Source: Bacteroidales bacterium (GTDB lineage: Bacteria; Bacteroidota; Bacteroidia; Bacteroidales; JAAUTT01). From it: DNA of 64,000 nt. Position 1 is the stretch's first letter. The number at the start of each line of letters is the position of its first letter. The stretch lies in assembly GCA_038320545.1 (NCBI GenBank), contig JBBQEI010000004.1:75613-139612 (forward strand), read 5' to 3'. The notes under the pieces were generated by a model. It was given only the letters and a program-made list of their open reading frames with translations, was not told the origin of the DNA and made no database searches. A program made the translations under genes and the position numbers. Positions 46,857 through 56,829 of the stretch are shown one piece after another.

Positions 46857-49145
46857 ATGAAGAAGACCTTTGTATTTTTACTTTTCGTTCATTTAACTGC
46901 AGCATTCTCATTCTCGCAAAGTTACGATCGTAAATTTATACGTGAATTTACCATTAAAATTGATACGGTACATTATGAATTATCGAAAAATACAATTGTT
47001 CAGAATAATGAAAGCAGGTTGTATTTTAATTTTCAAAGGGAAGACGATGTTTGCGAATTAAATCTTTATCCTGCTGATAAAGAAAAAGTTAGTAATTTGA
47101 AATTATTAGGATCATCCGATTATATTCAGCTCGATTCCATTGTTTTTGTTCATGATGAATATTACAGGATTCGGTTGCGGTTTATAAATTTGTTCAAAAG
47201 CCAGTTTATAAATTTGACTTTCTCCGCCACAATTGTCGGTGCTGAAACTCCTGTATTGGAAGAAATAAAGTTATTGCCATATACAAAAACCAAGGTGGCT
47301 TTTGGACTGATAAGCGATGAATTATTTTTAGGTGAAGAAAAAGTATTTGAACTTACTACAAATAATCTTAAAAATATCAGGTTAACGAACGAATGGGTCA
47401 GCGACCGGGATATAAATTACAGGGTATTGGAGGAAAATGGTAAACTTATGGTGCACCTTATCCCCAATTTGCCCGATATCAGGGAGGTTAAAATTAAACT
47501 TCAAACCTACATTCCTAATTTGGTGGACGACAAAAAAATAGTGTACGATTTGCCCGAAGTCACTCAGAGTTTTAAAGTAAAAACGAGTCGTTTGGCATTT
47601 CTTAACCTGGATAAACAGGAATTAACCTTCGACGAAAAATCTAAAATAAATGGAATCGAGGTTCAAATGGACAATAACCGGCAGTTGGTAATTGGCAAAA
47701 CGTACAGGCTCGAAAATCAGGAACAACCAGGGGGTGCTTTAATTGCCGAATTGTTTACAAAAAGCAGTTTAACGAACGACAAGGTATTGTGCATCTTCCG
47801 TCCGTTTAATTTTCACCGGAAAACTGAAGGATATTTATACATAAAGGAAGGCGACAATTCTAAGTTTATAACCAATTGCGACATTACTCCTAAAACTACA
47901 ATTACTAATATAATGGTTATGCATGAGGGTGAAGATTGGTCGACGAACCTGAATGTTTATCCCGGCGAAACGGTGAATGTAAAAATGGAAGGCGAAGGTT
48001 TACATAAAGCACGTTTTCATTGGGAAGATCTACTGGATTTGACATCTGATACTGTTATCCGCAGCGAAACCAGCTCTTCATTCCAGCTTAAAGTGCCCAT
48101 AAATATTACCAAGAAAAAAATAAACCTTTATAATGGAGCCAATAATACTGGTACTACACTCAATGTAAGAGAGTACCAGGTACCAAGAAAAATGGATTAC
48201 ATAAGCCTGAACTTTGGTACTGGTAACAGGGTACTTTCTTCCATTGCACCAATTATGATCCAACGAAGTACCATTAACGACATAACTCTAAACTTCGATT
48301 ACAATAAAATTGATTCGGAAAGTAAGTTATATGGAAAGCAATATTTTGATATTGATGTAAAAATTCTGGGAAAAAGAGGCGAGTTAATCGAAATGAAAAA
48401 CATCAAAAACATTTTGGTTTGTCCGGGTGAAAACTCTCCGCGATTTGTTTATTACAAAGATAAATCGGCAGTTTCGACGTCCATTAGTCTGAATAGTCTC
48501 ATTGGCTACAAAACCTACAATATGGAGGATTTTTCCAGGGTTCAGTTAAATTTTCGGAATCCCGATGAAAAATATAATGGTTCGGGATACGAAAAACAAA
48601 TCGAAATTGTATTGCAGCGCCCTGTTATATTCGATATTGATGTTTCATTCCCGGCAGGTTTGATGATACAGAACCTGGGAAAAACCAAAGCTGAAAGAGA
48701 AAGCATTGAAAAATATGGTACAGATAAAAATTTATATAACCAAGAAAAAATAGCCTATACAAATGAATTGGAAATTTGGAATAACAATCATGTAGGGCCA
48801 AAACCTGTTTTGTCAATGGAAGAACCCGTTGAACCTCAGAAAGCGAAGTTTACCGATAATTTGGGAGGTGTGAGCCTTGCCTTAATTGCTCAGTTTAGTT
48901 TTCCCGATGCCGAAAAGGTAGGACGATTAAAGCCTTATCGTTTGGGAGCAGGTTTTTTGGCTATCAATACTTTCAACTTCAGCGATAATGCTAAAAGAGA
49001 TCTGGCAGCAGTTATTCTGGCCAGTTTATATCCCATAAAACCAGGCCGAATTTTCAACATGCCTATTCATATCGGAATTGGTTATAAATTTCAGGATGCC
49101 CGGCCATTTCTTATGCTAAGCCCTGGAATAGGGGTGAGGTTTTAA
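46857..49145 (+). CDS. Large secreted hypothetical protein, possibly outer-membrane anchored
   Basis: Signal peptide (MKKTFVFLLFVHLTAAFSFSQ). 762 aa with no family I recognise. The C-terminus is rich in alternating hydrophobic residues and ends ...GIGVRF. Confidence 0.6.
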   Translation: MKKTFVFLLFVHLTAAFSFSQSYDRKFIREFTIKIDTVHYELSKNTIVQNNESRLYFNFQREDDVCELNLYPADKEKVSNLKLLGSSDYIQLDSIVFVHDEYYRIRLRFINLFKSQFINLTFSATIVGAETPVLEEIKLLPYTKTKVAFGLISDELFLGEEKVFELTTNNLKNIRLTNEWVSDRDINYRVLEENGKLMVHLIPNLPDIREVKIKLQTYIPNLVDDKKIVYDLPEVTQSFKVKTSRLAFLNLDKQELTFDEKSKINGIEVQMDNNRQLVIGKTYRLENQEQPGGALIAELFTKSSLTNDKVLCIFRPFNFHRKTEGYLYIKEGDNSKFITNCDITPKTTITNIMVMHEGEDWSTNLNVYPGETVNVKMEGEGLHKARFHWEDLLDLTSDTVIRSETSSSFQLKVPINITKKKINLYNGANNTGTTLNVREYQVPRKMDYISLNFGTGNRVLSSIAPIMIQRSTINDITLNFDYNKIDSESKLYGKQYFDIDVKILGKRGELIEMKNIKNILVCPGENSPRFVYYKDKSAVSTSISLNSLIGYKTYNMEDFSRVQLNFRNPDEKYNGSGYEKQIEIVLQRPVIFDIDVSFPAGLMIQNLGKTKAERESIEKYGTDKNLYNQEKIAYTNELEIWNNNHVGPKPVLSMEEPVEPQKAKFTDNLGGVSLALIAQFSFPDAEKVGRLKPYRLGAGFLAINTFNFSDNAKRDLAAVILASLYPIKPGRIFNMPIHIGIGYKFQDARPFLMLSPGIGVRF

Positions 49146-49186
49146 TTAAACGTGGTTTCAAATTTGGCTCTCCGTTAAAAATCCGG

Positions 49187-49212
49187 GCGTTTCGACTCCG
49201 CTCAACGACCGG
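49187..49212. repeat. Short dispersed repeat, copy 3
   Basis: gcgtttcgactccgctcaacgaccgg matches 20871-20896 at 25 of 26 positions and shares the 14-nt core with 23138-23151. Confidence 0.8.
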
Positions 49213-49449
49213 CAATTCCCCCACAGGCAGGTAATTTCCTTTTCTCCGTTATTCCTGGTTTATGCCGGAAGTGTGAATAATGTAATTTTATCCGGTTTTT
49301 TTGTAAAACAAATTTCTCTAATCTTTCTGACCTTTGCACTATTCTAGCCTTAATAAATTGAAGATTAAATTCGAATTCAAACAATAAAGGTGAGAAATCA
49401 AAAGTAAGCTTAATCAAAAACATTGTTGGATTGTTATTCAATAAACCTT

Positions 49450-49932
49450 ATGAATATGATTAAAACAAACATTGAAATTTCCGATGCGAACCTGAAAGAA
49501 TCGGCAACATTGTTAAATACGCTTCTTGCCGATGAATTTGTGCTTTACACAAAAACAAGGAATGCTCACTGGAATATCCAGGGCCCGGGATTTTATGAAC
49601 TTCATAAGTTTTTTGAAGACCAGTATGATGAATTAGCCGGAATGATTGATGAGGTAGCAGAACGGGTGAGACAATTAGGCCATTTTGCTATAGGCACTTT
49701 AAAAGATTTTATAGCCATTACCCGAATGAGCGAGAGTAATTATGAATTCAGCAATCAGCAACAAATTGTCCGTACGCTATTGGAGGATCATGAAACAATA
49801 ATCCGGATTTTACGCCGTGATGCCGGGCAGGTATCAGACAAGTACAAAGATATGGGAACTTCTGATTTTATGACCGGATTAATGGAAAAGCATGAGAAGA
49901 TGGCATGGATGTTACGCGCTCATTTAAATTAA
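49450..49932 (+). CDS. dps: Dps-family DNA-protection / ferritin-like protein
   Basis: LNTLLADEFVLYTKTRNAHWNIQGPGFYELHKFFEDQYDEL...DEVAERVRQLG. I prefer the ATG at 49450 to the upstream non-ATG start. Confidence 0.9.
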   Translation: MNMIKTNIEISDANLKESATLLNTLLADEFVLYTKTRNAHWNIQGPGFYELHKFFEDQYDELAGMIDEVAERVRQLGHFAIGTLKDFIAITRMSESNYEFSNQQQIVRTLLEDHETIIRILRRDAGQVSDKYKDMGTSDFMTGLMEKHEKMAWMLRAHLN

Positions 49933-49953
49933 AATCATTTAAACTAAATAATC

Positions 49954-50100
49954 ATGGGAGGTATACTTTACATTATTGCAGTAATACTGGTTATAGGATG
50001 GATACTCGGATTTTTTGTATTTCATGCCGGTAGTATTATACATATTTTATTAGTTATTGCTGTAATAGCAATTTTATTCAGGATAATCCGGGGGGCTTAA
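49954..50100 (+). CDS. Small two-TM membrane protein (lmo0937-like family), not in the ORF track
   Basis: A 48-aa ORF, MGGILYIIAVILVIGWILGFFVFHAGSIIHILLVIAVIAILFRIIRGA. The sequence pattern matches the small lmo0937-type proteins common in Bacteroidota. It sits between dps and ytxH. Confidence 0.6.
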   Translation: MGGILYIIAVILVIGWILGFFVFHAGSIIHILLVIAVIAILFRIIRGA

Positions 50101-50140
50101 AAGCCTTTATTTTTTTATTAACCTTATAAACAACATACTT

Positions 50141-50416
50141 ATGAGTGGTGGTAAAGTATTATTAAGCGTATTGGCAGGAGTAGCTGCCGGTGCTTTGGTT
50201 GGGATTTTGTTCGCACCTGATAAAGGTTCGGAAACCCGCAGAAAATTATTGGAAACAGGAGAAGATTTGGCAAATACTGCCAAAGAAAAATTTGACGATG
50301 TGGTAGGTTCAGTTAACGAACGTATCGATAGTGTTAAAGAAAGTGTTAAAGATACTATTGGTAATGTAACCAAAAAAGCTGGTGACGAAGCCAAGGCACG
50401 TTCAGCATCTGTCTAA
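50141..50416 (+). CDS. YtxH-domain protein
   Basis: LLSVLAGVAAGALVGILFAPDKGSETRRKL followed by a helical, charged tail. Confidence 0.8.
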   Translation: MSGGKVLLSVLAGVAAGALVGILFAPDKGSETRRKLLETGEDLANTAKEKFDDVVGSVNERIDSVKESVKDTIGNVTKKAGDEAKARSASV

Positions 50417-50429
50417 ATTTTTCATTAAA

Positions 50430-50470
50430 TTGGAGTGTTTATTCCTTTCAGGAGGATTAAAACACTCCAA
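50430..50470 (+). terminator. Hairpin terminator after the YtxH gene
   Basis: TTGGAGTGTTT (50430-50440) pairs perfectly with AAACACTCCAA (50460-50470). The loop has an inner TCCT/AGGA pairing, and T-rich ttcttatctt follows. Confidence 0.5.
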
Positions 50471-50500
50471 TTCTTATCTTAAATAAATTAAGGTGGTCGT

Positions 50501-52846
50501 ATGGGAAATGAGGGGAGTATTATACTTGGAAGAGAAAAAAAAGTAGCTGGAGAAAATCTTATTGATAATAATGAACTGTTCAACATTTATGACAATTCAA
50601 AAACTAATCAGCAGGATGTCACTTCATTAGAAATTTTATTTATTACTTCATATCCACCAAGAGAATGTGGCATAGCTACTTACGCTCATAATCTAATTAA
50701 TGCACTTAACAATCGCTTTACTAATTTTTTTAAATTGAAGGTTTGCGCCCTTCAACACGGCAATGCCAAATATTATTATCCTGAAGAAGTTACTTCAGTT
50801 CTGAATATTTCAAATTCTAATGATTATACAAAAATTGAAGATAAAATTAACAATGATGATAATATTCAGGTCTTAATTATTCAACACGAGTTCGATCTTT
50901 TTAAAGGCTATGAAAATGATTTTCTTTTGTTTTTGAAAAAAATAGCAAAACCTGCAATTATTGTTTTTCATACAGTAAAGCGCCAACCTTCCGAAGAAAT
51001 CAAAAAATATATACAGAACATTGCATCTTTGTCTGCAATGGTTATTGTGATGTCTAAAGTTTCGAAAATAGCATTGATAAACGAATATCAAATTCCTGAA
51101 GATAAAATAGAAGTTATTACATATGGAACACATCTGATTGTACCTTCAAATACTTCACACCTCAAAGAAAAATACAAACTGGCAGGTAAAAAAATTCTGA
51201 CTTCAGTTGGTTTGTTATCGCCTGGTAAAGGTATTGAAACAGCTCTTGAATCCTTGCCATCGGTTATAAAGTTGCACCCCGAAATTGTATTTCTTATTAT
51301 AGGAAAAACACATCCTGAAGAATTAAAACAAAATGGTGAAAAATACAGGGTAATGCTTGAGTCTCGTGTCAAATCGTTGAAACTGCAAAATCACGTTCAT
51401 TTTCTGAATGGATTCTTTAATTCAGAAATACTTAAAGAATATTTACTTATTACCGATGTATGCATATTCACATTTACCGATTTAGACAGGGCCATGAGTG
51501 GCATCTTTGCTTTTGCTGTGAGTTGCGGTTGTCCCATTATTTCTTCATCAACGGCACATGCTTATGAATTTTTGGACAATCAATCAGGTTTCATTTTCGA
51601 AGCTGGGAATGCAGACGACCTAACCTTTAAAATAAATGAACTGCTTGAGAATCCGGCATTAAGGAAAAAATTCAGCGAAAATGTTACCAGGAAATCACTT
51701 ACATCCATTTGGGAAAATTCGGCATTATCGCATGGACATATTTTAAATCGCATTGCTCAAACTAAGTTGCCAATAAAATTTAAATACCCACCTATCAATT
51801 TGGATTTTTTAAAATTCATGACCGATAGAGTAGGAATTTTGAAATCGGCATATAAAGGAGAACCGGATATCCGGTCAGGATATACATTGGATGATAATGC
51901 ATTTGCCTTATATGTATTTTGTATGCATTACAAAATCACAGGAGAAACCAGTGATATTTTGCAGATTCGAAAATATCTGAAATTCTTATACCATTGTTAT
52001 CAACCTTCAGGTACGTTTTTAAAGCACCTGGATTATGAGCGTAAATTTTCTCCTCAAAATTTCAAAGAAAACCTCGAAGATACTCAAGGTAAAGCAATTT
52101 GGGCGTTAGGATATCTTGTATCACTGAAAGGACTTTTACCTGCTGAATTGATAGATATTGCTGATTTAATTTTTCAAAACGCACTCCCACGCATCGAAAA
52201 ACTTAATTCTGGCAGGGCGATCGCTTTTGCCATAAAAGGTCTTTATTATTATTATAGCGTTGGTGAATCGGAAGATGAACTAAAAACCATAAAATTACTC
52301 GCTGATAAACTTGTTCAAAAATATAAAGAAAATTCTCGTCCGGACTGGCATTGGTTCGATGATCAATTTGTTATTTCTGGTAGCCTCATGTCCGGTGCCT
52401 TGTTAAATACTTGGTTGTTAACAGGGAATCAGGATTATAAGGATATTGCCATAGAATCATTTGAATTTCTTTCTACCAGGATATTAAAAAATAACAGAAT
52501 AGAAACATATCCGAAAAGTGATGAAGTTTCATATAAATATGATAATGGTATTGCCGAAGAACTTCCCATTGACATAGCATTTAATGTTGTCGCTTCAAGT
52601 AAATTCTATCTTATTTGTAAGGATAAATTTTATTATAAACAGATGGAAATGGCATATAACTGGTTTTTAGGGAATAACCGACTGAACCAAATGCTGTATA
52701 ACCCATTAACGGGGAGTTGTTTTGGAGGATTGGCTGAAGACAGTATCGATCAGCAACTAAGCGCTGAATCGACGTTAAGTTATACACTTGCACGAATGGT
52801 GGTTGAGAAGTATAATTTCAAAAGTGAAAATCATATAATCACATAA
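50501..52846 (+). CDS. GT4-type glycosyltransferase fused to a ~380-aa domain of unknown function
   Basis: The N-terminal half has a GT-B/GT4 layout (ILFITSYPPRECGIATYAHNL...SVGLLSPGKGIE...). I recognise no motif in the C-terminal half. Confidence 0.65.
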   Translation: MGNEGSIILGREKKVAGENLIDNNELFNIYDNSKTNQQDVTSLEILFITSYPPRECGIATYAHNLINALNNRFTNFFKLKVCALQHGNAKYYYPEEVTSVLNISNSNDYTKIEDKINNDDNIQVLIIQHEFDLFKGYENDFLLFLKKIAKPAIIVFHTVKRQPSEEIKKYIQNIASLSAMVIVMSKVSKIALINEYQIPEDKIEVITYGTHLIVPSNTSHLKEKYKLAGKKILTSVGLLSPGKGIETALESLPSVIKLHPEIVFLIIGKTHPEELKQNGEKYRVMLESRVKSLKLQNHVHFLNGFFNSEILKEYLLITDVCIFTFTDLDRAMSGIFAFAVSCGCPIISSSTAHAYEFLDNQSGFIFEAGNADDLTFKINELLENPALRKKFSENVTRKSLTSIWENSALSHGHILNRIAQTKLPIKFKYPPINLDFLKFMTDRVGILKSAYKGEPDIRSGYTLDDNAFALYVFCMHYKITGETSDILQIRKYLKFLYHCYQPSGTFLKHLDYERKFSPQNFKENLEDTQGKAIWALGYLVSLKGLLPAELIDIADLIFQNALPRIEKLNSGRAIAFAIKGLYYYYSVGESEDELKTIKLLADKLVQKYKENSRPDWHWFDDQFVISGSLMSGALLNTWLLTGNQDYKDIAIESFEFLSTRILKNNRIETYPKSDEVSYKYDNGIAEELPIDIAFNVVASSKFYLICKDKFYYKQMEMAYNWFLGNNRLNQMLYNPLTGSCFGGLAEDSIDQQLSAESTLSYTLARMVVEKYNFKSENHIIT

Positions 52847-52906
52847 TAAGTAGAACATTATATCTGACTTTTTCAGGAAATTTTAAAAATATGATAGGGA
52901 AAAAAT

Positions 52907-54739
52907 ATGTCGCTAAAACTTATCTTCCTGCTGTTCTTTGTTGGAATTTCCCAATTGTTATTTGCCCAGAAGCCTGACAAGCCCGCTCCCGACGATTCAG
53001 CCAAAGTATATAAAGCCTTACAGAAAATAGCACAGAAAAAGAAAATTTCAAAATGGCTGTTTTCAACTATTTTTACTATACCTGAAAAACCAAAAAAACC
53101 TTCCGCCCGAAGGGTAAAGAGAATAGCCCCTAAATCGTATAATTATTATGAAGGAAAAATAATCAGGAATATTGATATTCTTACCCTGGATCCATTTGGA
53201 TATGACATAAGAGATACATCGATCAGACCAACCGGATTTTTAAGAGAAACCGGAAATAAATTGCACATTAAAACTCTACCGATTGCAATAAGAAATTTGT
53301 TATTATTCAGGCAAAACCAAGAGTTCGATTCATTATTGGTTAAAGAATCGGAACGATTAATCCGTAAACAAAAATATGTGCACCAAGTAACGATTCGCCC
53401 GCAAAATGTCGAAAATTCAAAAGATTCCGTCGATATCTTTATCAGGGTATTGGATATATGGAGTTTAATTCCTCGTGGAAGCCTTTCATCATCAAGCTTT
53501 AGTCTGGGGTTTACTGATCAGAATTTTATTGGAACAGGACAACAGTTTGACAATATTCTGGCTGTAAACACAAATAATAAACATGTTGCGTACAAGACAA
53601 ACTATTACATTCCAAACATTAAAAATTCATATGTTGGGGCAAAATTACAATATCAGATATACGAAAATCGAAGTTTTATTAAAGCAATTGATATTGAACG
53701 GCCACTTTTTTCTTCTTTTGCAAAATGGGGTGGAGGAATTTTTATTGGGCAGAAACTAAATAAGGACACAATTGTATTCCCTGATTCTTCTAAGTTTTTT
53801 CAGAATTTCAAGTTTAATACACAGGATGTCTGGCTTGCTAAATCCTGGCGAATTTTTGGAGGAAAATCAGAATTACAGCGTACTACTAATTTTATTTTTT
53901 CTACTCGTTTTCAGCATATTCATTATATTGAAAACCCTGTTGAGTTGTACGATTCCCTGCATATTTATTCCGATGAAAGATTTGTGTTTGTTGGTATTGG
54001 CGTTACCAGCCGCCAGTATGTGCAGGATAAATTTATTTTCAATTACGGTTTGGTTGAGGATGTTCCCCGCGGAAAGCTTTATAGTATTACGGGTGGTTAT
54101 CAGGTTAAAAACAATAAAGGAAGATGGTATCTGGGACTAAAAGCTTCGTGGGGCGAATTTTATAAATGGGGATATCTGAGTACTAATTTTGAATATGGAA
54201 GGTTTATACAGCATGGAAATTTTGGGGAAGGAGCATTTAACATTGGTTTAAATTATTTCTCTGAATTAATTGATATAGGAAATTGGAAAATACGCCAGTT
54301 TATAAAGCCACAGTTTATTTTTGGAATAAAACGATTGCCAACTGATAAGGTTACTATCAATGAAGAATATGGCATTACTGGTTTTTCATCCAGGGATGTT
54401 TATGGGGCACATAAGATTTTACTCACCCTGCAAACACAGTCATATGCTCCCTGGAACCTGATAGGGTTTCGTTTTGGACCTTATTTGGTCTATTCCATGG
54501 GACTGCTCGGCAGTTATAACAATAGTTTCACAAATGCAAAGCTTTATTCATTGTTTGGCTTGGGAGTTTTGATAAAAAACGATTTTCTGGTTTTCAAAAC
54601 ATTCCAGCTCTCATTAGCTTATTATCCCATAATTCCCGGTAAAGGAAAAAATATATCCAAATTCAATACTTACCGAACTTCCGACTTTGGTTTCCGCGAT
54701 TTCGAAACAACAAAACCCACTACGGTCACTTATGAGTAA
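52907..54739 (+). CDS. Omp85-like outer membrane protein with one POTRA-like domain (tentative)
   Basis: Signal peptide, a POTRA-like YYEGKIIRNIDILTLDPFG...FDSLLVKESERLIRKQKYVHQVTI, then LGFTDQNFIGTGQQF and a long region of beta-strand-like periodicity. Confidence 0.5.
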   Translation: MSLKLIFLLFFVGISQLLFAQKPDKPAPDDSAKVYKALQKIAQKKKISKWLFSTIFTIPEKPKKPSARRVKRIAPKSYNYYEGKIIRNIDILTLDPFGYDIRDTSIRPTGFLRETGNKLHIKTLPIAIRNLLLFRQNQEFDSLLVKESERLIRKQKYVHQVTIRPQNVENSKDSVDIFIRVLDIWSLIPRGSLSSSSFSLGFTDQNFIGTGQQFDNILAVNTNNKHVAYKTNYYIPNIKNSYVGAKLQYQIYENRSFIKAIDIERPLFSSFAKWGGGIFIGQKLNKDTIVFPDSSKFFQNFKFNTQDVWLAKSWRIFGGKSELQRTTNFIFSTRFQHIHYIENPVELYDSLHIYSDERFVFVGIGVTSRQYVQDKFIFNYGLVEDVPRGKLYSITGGYQVKNNKGRWYLGLKASWGEFYKWGYLSTNFEYGRFIQHGNFGEGAFNIGLNYFSELIDIGNWKIRQFIKPQFIFGIKRLPTDKVTINEEYGITGFSSRDVYGAHKILLTLQTQSYAPWNLIGFRFGPYLVYSMGLLGSYNNSFTNAKLYSLFGLGVLIKNDFLVFKTFQLSLAYYPIIPGKGKNISKFNTYRTSDFGFRDFETTKPTTVTYE

Positions 54740-54889
54740 CAATACTGGCATCGCTACTGTTTGTGCCGTAAAAGTCTCTTTTAAAACGTGTATAATGTGG
54801 GAAAGATGTAATTTTTTCTGAATTTAATATAATAGAAAAACTACCTGTTTGTCGGAAATTTGTAGAATAAACCTTAAAAAATTAACAAC

Positions 54890-55228
54890 ATGAAAAAAAT
54901 ACTCTTATTCACAATTGTTGGGGCTTTGATGATTAGTTTTTCAACCCTCCAGGCTGCCGACCCCGTTAAAGTTAAAAAAGATAAAAAGGAATCAGTTAAG
55001 GTAAATAAAGAACAAAAACTGAGTGAAACAGAAATTCAGGTTTTAGTTACCCGTATCGAAGAAATTAACAATATGGACAAAAGTACTCTTACTGCCCGGG
55101 AAAAACGTGATTTGAGAAAAGAAGTGAGAGATATAAAAGATAAAGTAAATAAAAATGCTGAAGGTATTTACATTGGTGGCGGTGTATTGCTTGTTGTAAT
55201 CATAGTTTTATTAGTGCTCTTACTTTGA
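54890..55228 (+). CDS. Secreted, Lys-rich coiled-coil protein with a C-terminal TM anchor
   Basis: Signal peptide (ISFSTLQA), a charged helical middle and a terminal GGGVLLVVIIVLLVLLL. Confidence 0.5.
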   Translation: MKKILLFTIVGALMISFSTLQAADPVKVKKDKKESVKVNKEQKLSETEIQVLVTRIEEINNMDKSTLTAREKRDLRKEVRDIKDKVNKNAEGIYIGGGVLLVVIIVLLVLLL

Positions 55229-55283
55229 TAGTTAAAAAATACTATTAAGGGTTTACAATTTTAATTTTTTAAATAAAATAAAG

Positions 55284-55493
55284 ATGAGAAAAGCTGGAAT
55301 TGTTTTGATTGTAGTTGGAATTATCATCACCATTATTACAAGCATTAGTTTTTTTACCAAAGAAAAAGTTGTTGATATTGGTAAAGTTGAAATTACAAAA
55401 GACCAAAAGCATACCGCTTCATGGTCTCCTCTCTGGGGTGTTGGAGTTATAGTTCTCGGTGGTGCATTAGTTCTGTTTGATAAAAAAACATAA
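55284..55493 (+). CDS. Small two-TM membrane protein
   Basis: 69 aa with two hydrophobic helices (IVLIVVGIIITIITSISFF and LWGVGVIVLGGALVLF). Confidence 0.45.
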   Translation: MRKAGIVLIVVGIIITIITSISFFTKEKVVDIGKVEITKDQKHTASWSPLWGVGVIVLGGALVLFDKKT

Positions 55494-55516
55494 ATTTTGA
55501 ATTAAAAATAAAAGTT

Positions 55517-56188
55517 ATGAAAGTGAGAGTGATTTGGACATTTATTGTTCTATGCCTTTTAGTAATTTCCGGTTGTAAAACTTCCAGAGCCTTTAAAGGA
55601 GGCGCAATAGGAACCGGAACAGGAGCAGTACTTGGCGGAGTTGTTGGAAGAACTGCAGGAAATACTGCTTTAGGAGCAATAATTGGCGCCGCTGTTGGTG
55701 GAGCAGCAGGAGCTGTAATTGGTCGGCAAATGGATAAACAGGCTGAAGAAATTAAAAATAGTGTACCCAATGCTGAAGTAATTCATAAACCTGGGGAAGA
55801 AGGCATTATAATTAATTTTAATTCAGGTGTTTTATTTGAATTTAACAAAGCCGATCTTAATCCAGCTTCAACTAAATCAGTAGAGGAACTTGCAAATGTC
55901 CTCAAGAAATATCCTGATACTGATGTTCTTATCGAAGGTCATACTGATAGCAAAGGGAGTGATAACTATAATATGTCTCTTTCCGAAAAGCGTGCACAAA
56001 CTGTTTCATCTTATTTAAGAGGAAAAGATATTGCTGCTTCCAGAATGCGTACTGTAGGTTATGGAGAAAAACAACCTGTTGCTTCAAATGACACCGATGA
56101 CGGAAGAACCCAGAACAGAAGGGTTACTTTTGTGATTACCGCAAATGAAAAGATGAAGGAAGAAGCCCGCAAACAAGCTAAAGAATAA
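55517..56188 (+). CDS. OmpA-family lipoprotein with a glycine-zipper segment
   Basis: Lipobox VISGCK, a Gly-zipper (GAIGTGTGAVLGGVVGRTAGNTALGAIIGAAVGGAAGAVIG) and OmpA_C (GHTDSKGSDNYNMSLSEKRAQTVSSYL...NRRVTFVI). Confidence 0.85.
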   Translation: MKVRVIWTFIVLCLLVISGCKTSRAFKGGAIGTGTGAVLGGVVGRTAGNTALGAIIGAAVGGAAGAVIGRQMDKQAEEIKNSVPNAEVIHKPGEEGIIINFNSGVLFEFNKADLNPASTKSVEELANVLKKYPDTDVLIEGHTDSKGSDNYNMSLSEKRAQTVSSYLRGKDIAASRMRTVGYGEKQPVASNDTDDGRTQNRRVTFVITANEKMKEEARKQAKE

Positions 56189-56190
56189 TT

Positions 56191-56829
56191 ATGATGAAAG
56201 CATATAAATATACTTTTGTTTTGGCTGTGTTGTTTCTGATTACAAACAGCATTACTGCCCAGGTTTCATTTGGTATTAAAGGCGCAGTAAATATGTTTAA
56301 CATGTCGGTAAAAGACAATAATGACGACAAGGTAACTACAAAAATGCTTCCTACCTGGAATGCCGGGGTATTTGCAGAGTTACCTCTTACTACCGAATTC
56401 TTCGTTCGACCTGAACTTGTATATGCTGTTAAAGGTTATAAAAATGAGGATAATGATACAAAAGTTTCTCTTTCGTATGTGGAACTTCCTGTGACCTTCC
56501 TCTATAAAGCAGCATTAACCGGTGGAAATGTTATGATAGGTTTCGGTCCGTATATCGCGATGGGAATTGGTGGAAAAGTAAAGAACGGAAGTTCTTCTGA
56601 CATTAAATTCAAGAATGATATTACACAGCAGGAAAACAGTCAAAATTTCTATAAGCCTCTCGATGCAGGTGCCAAAGTATATGCCGGATATGAACTAAAC
56701 AATGGTTTAAGTTTCTCTCTTGAAACATCGTTAGGCTTGGTAAATATTAAGCCTAAAGTTGCCGGTAACGACAATGGAGATGCAAAGAATGTTGGATTTG
56801 GTTTTGCAATTGGATACAGGTTTCATTAA
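56191..56829 (+). CDS. Small outer membrane beta-barrel (porin-family) protein
   Basis: Signal peptide, alternating beta-strand pattern and a terminal ...GFAIGYRFH. Confidence 0.7.
   Translation: MMKAYKYTFVLAVLFLITNSITAQVSFGIKGAVNMFNMSVKDNNDDKVTTKMLPTWNAGVFAELPLTTEFFVRPELVYAVKGYKNEDNDTKVSLSYVELPVTFLYKAALTGGNVMIGFGPYIAMGIGGKVKNGSSSDIKFKNDITQQENSQNFYKPLDAGAKVYAGYELNNGLSFSLETSLGLVNIKPKVAGNDNGDAKNVGFGFAIGYRFH

Noticed and set aside
49202-49441. 79-aa minus-strand ORF upstream of dps
   Set aside because: It starts inside the dispersed repeat copy and runs through the dps promoter region. I recognise no motifs, and the composition is atypical for coding sequence.
50107-50394. 95-aa minus-strand ORF
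   Set aside because: It is fully antisense to the well-supported YtxH-domain gene and has no motifs of its own.
50451-50456. AGGAGG as a Shine-Dalgarno site for the glycosyltransferase gene
   Set aside because: It lies 45 nt upstream of the ATG, inside the loop and inner stem of the terminator hairpin. Bacteroidota generally do not rely on SD pairing.
55447-55770. 107-aa Ala/Pro-rich minus-strand ORF
   Set aside because: It is antisense to the glycine-zipper segment of the OmpA lipoprotein gene, the same mirror-image artefact as at 631-987.
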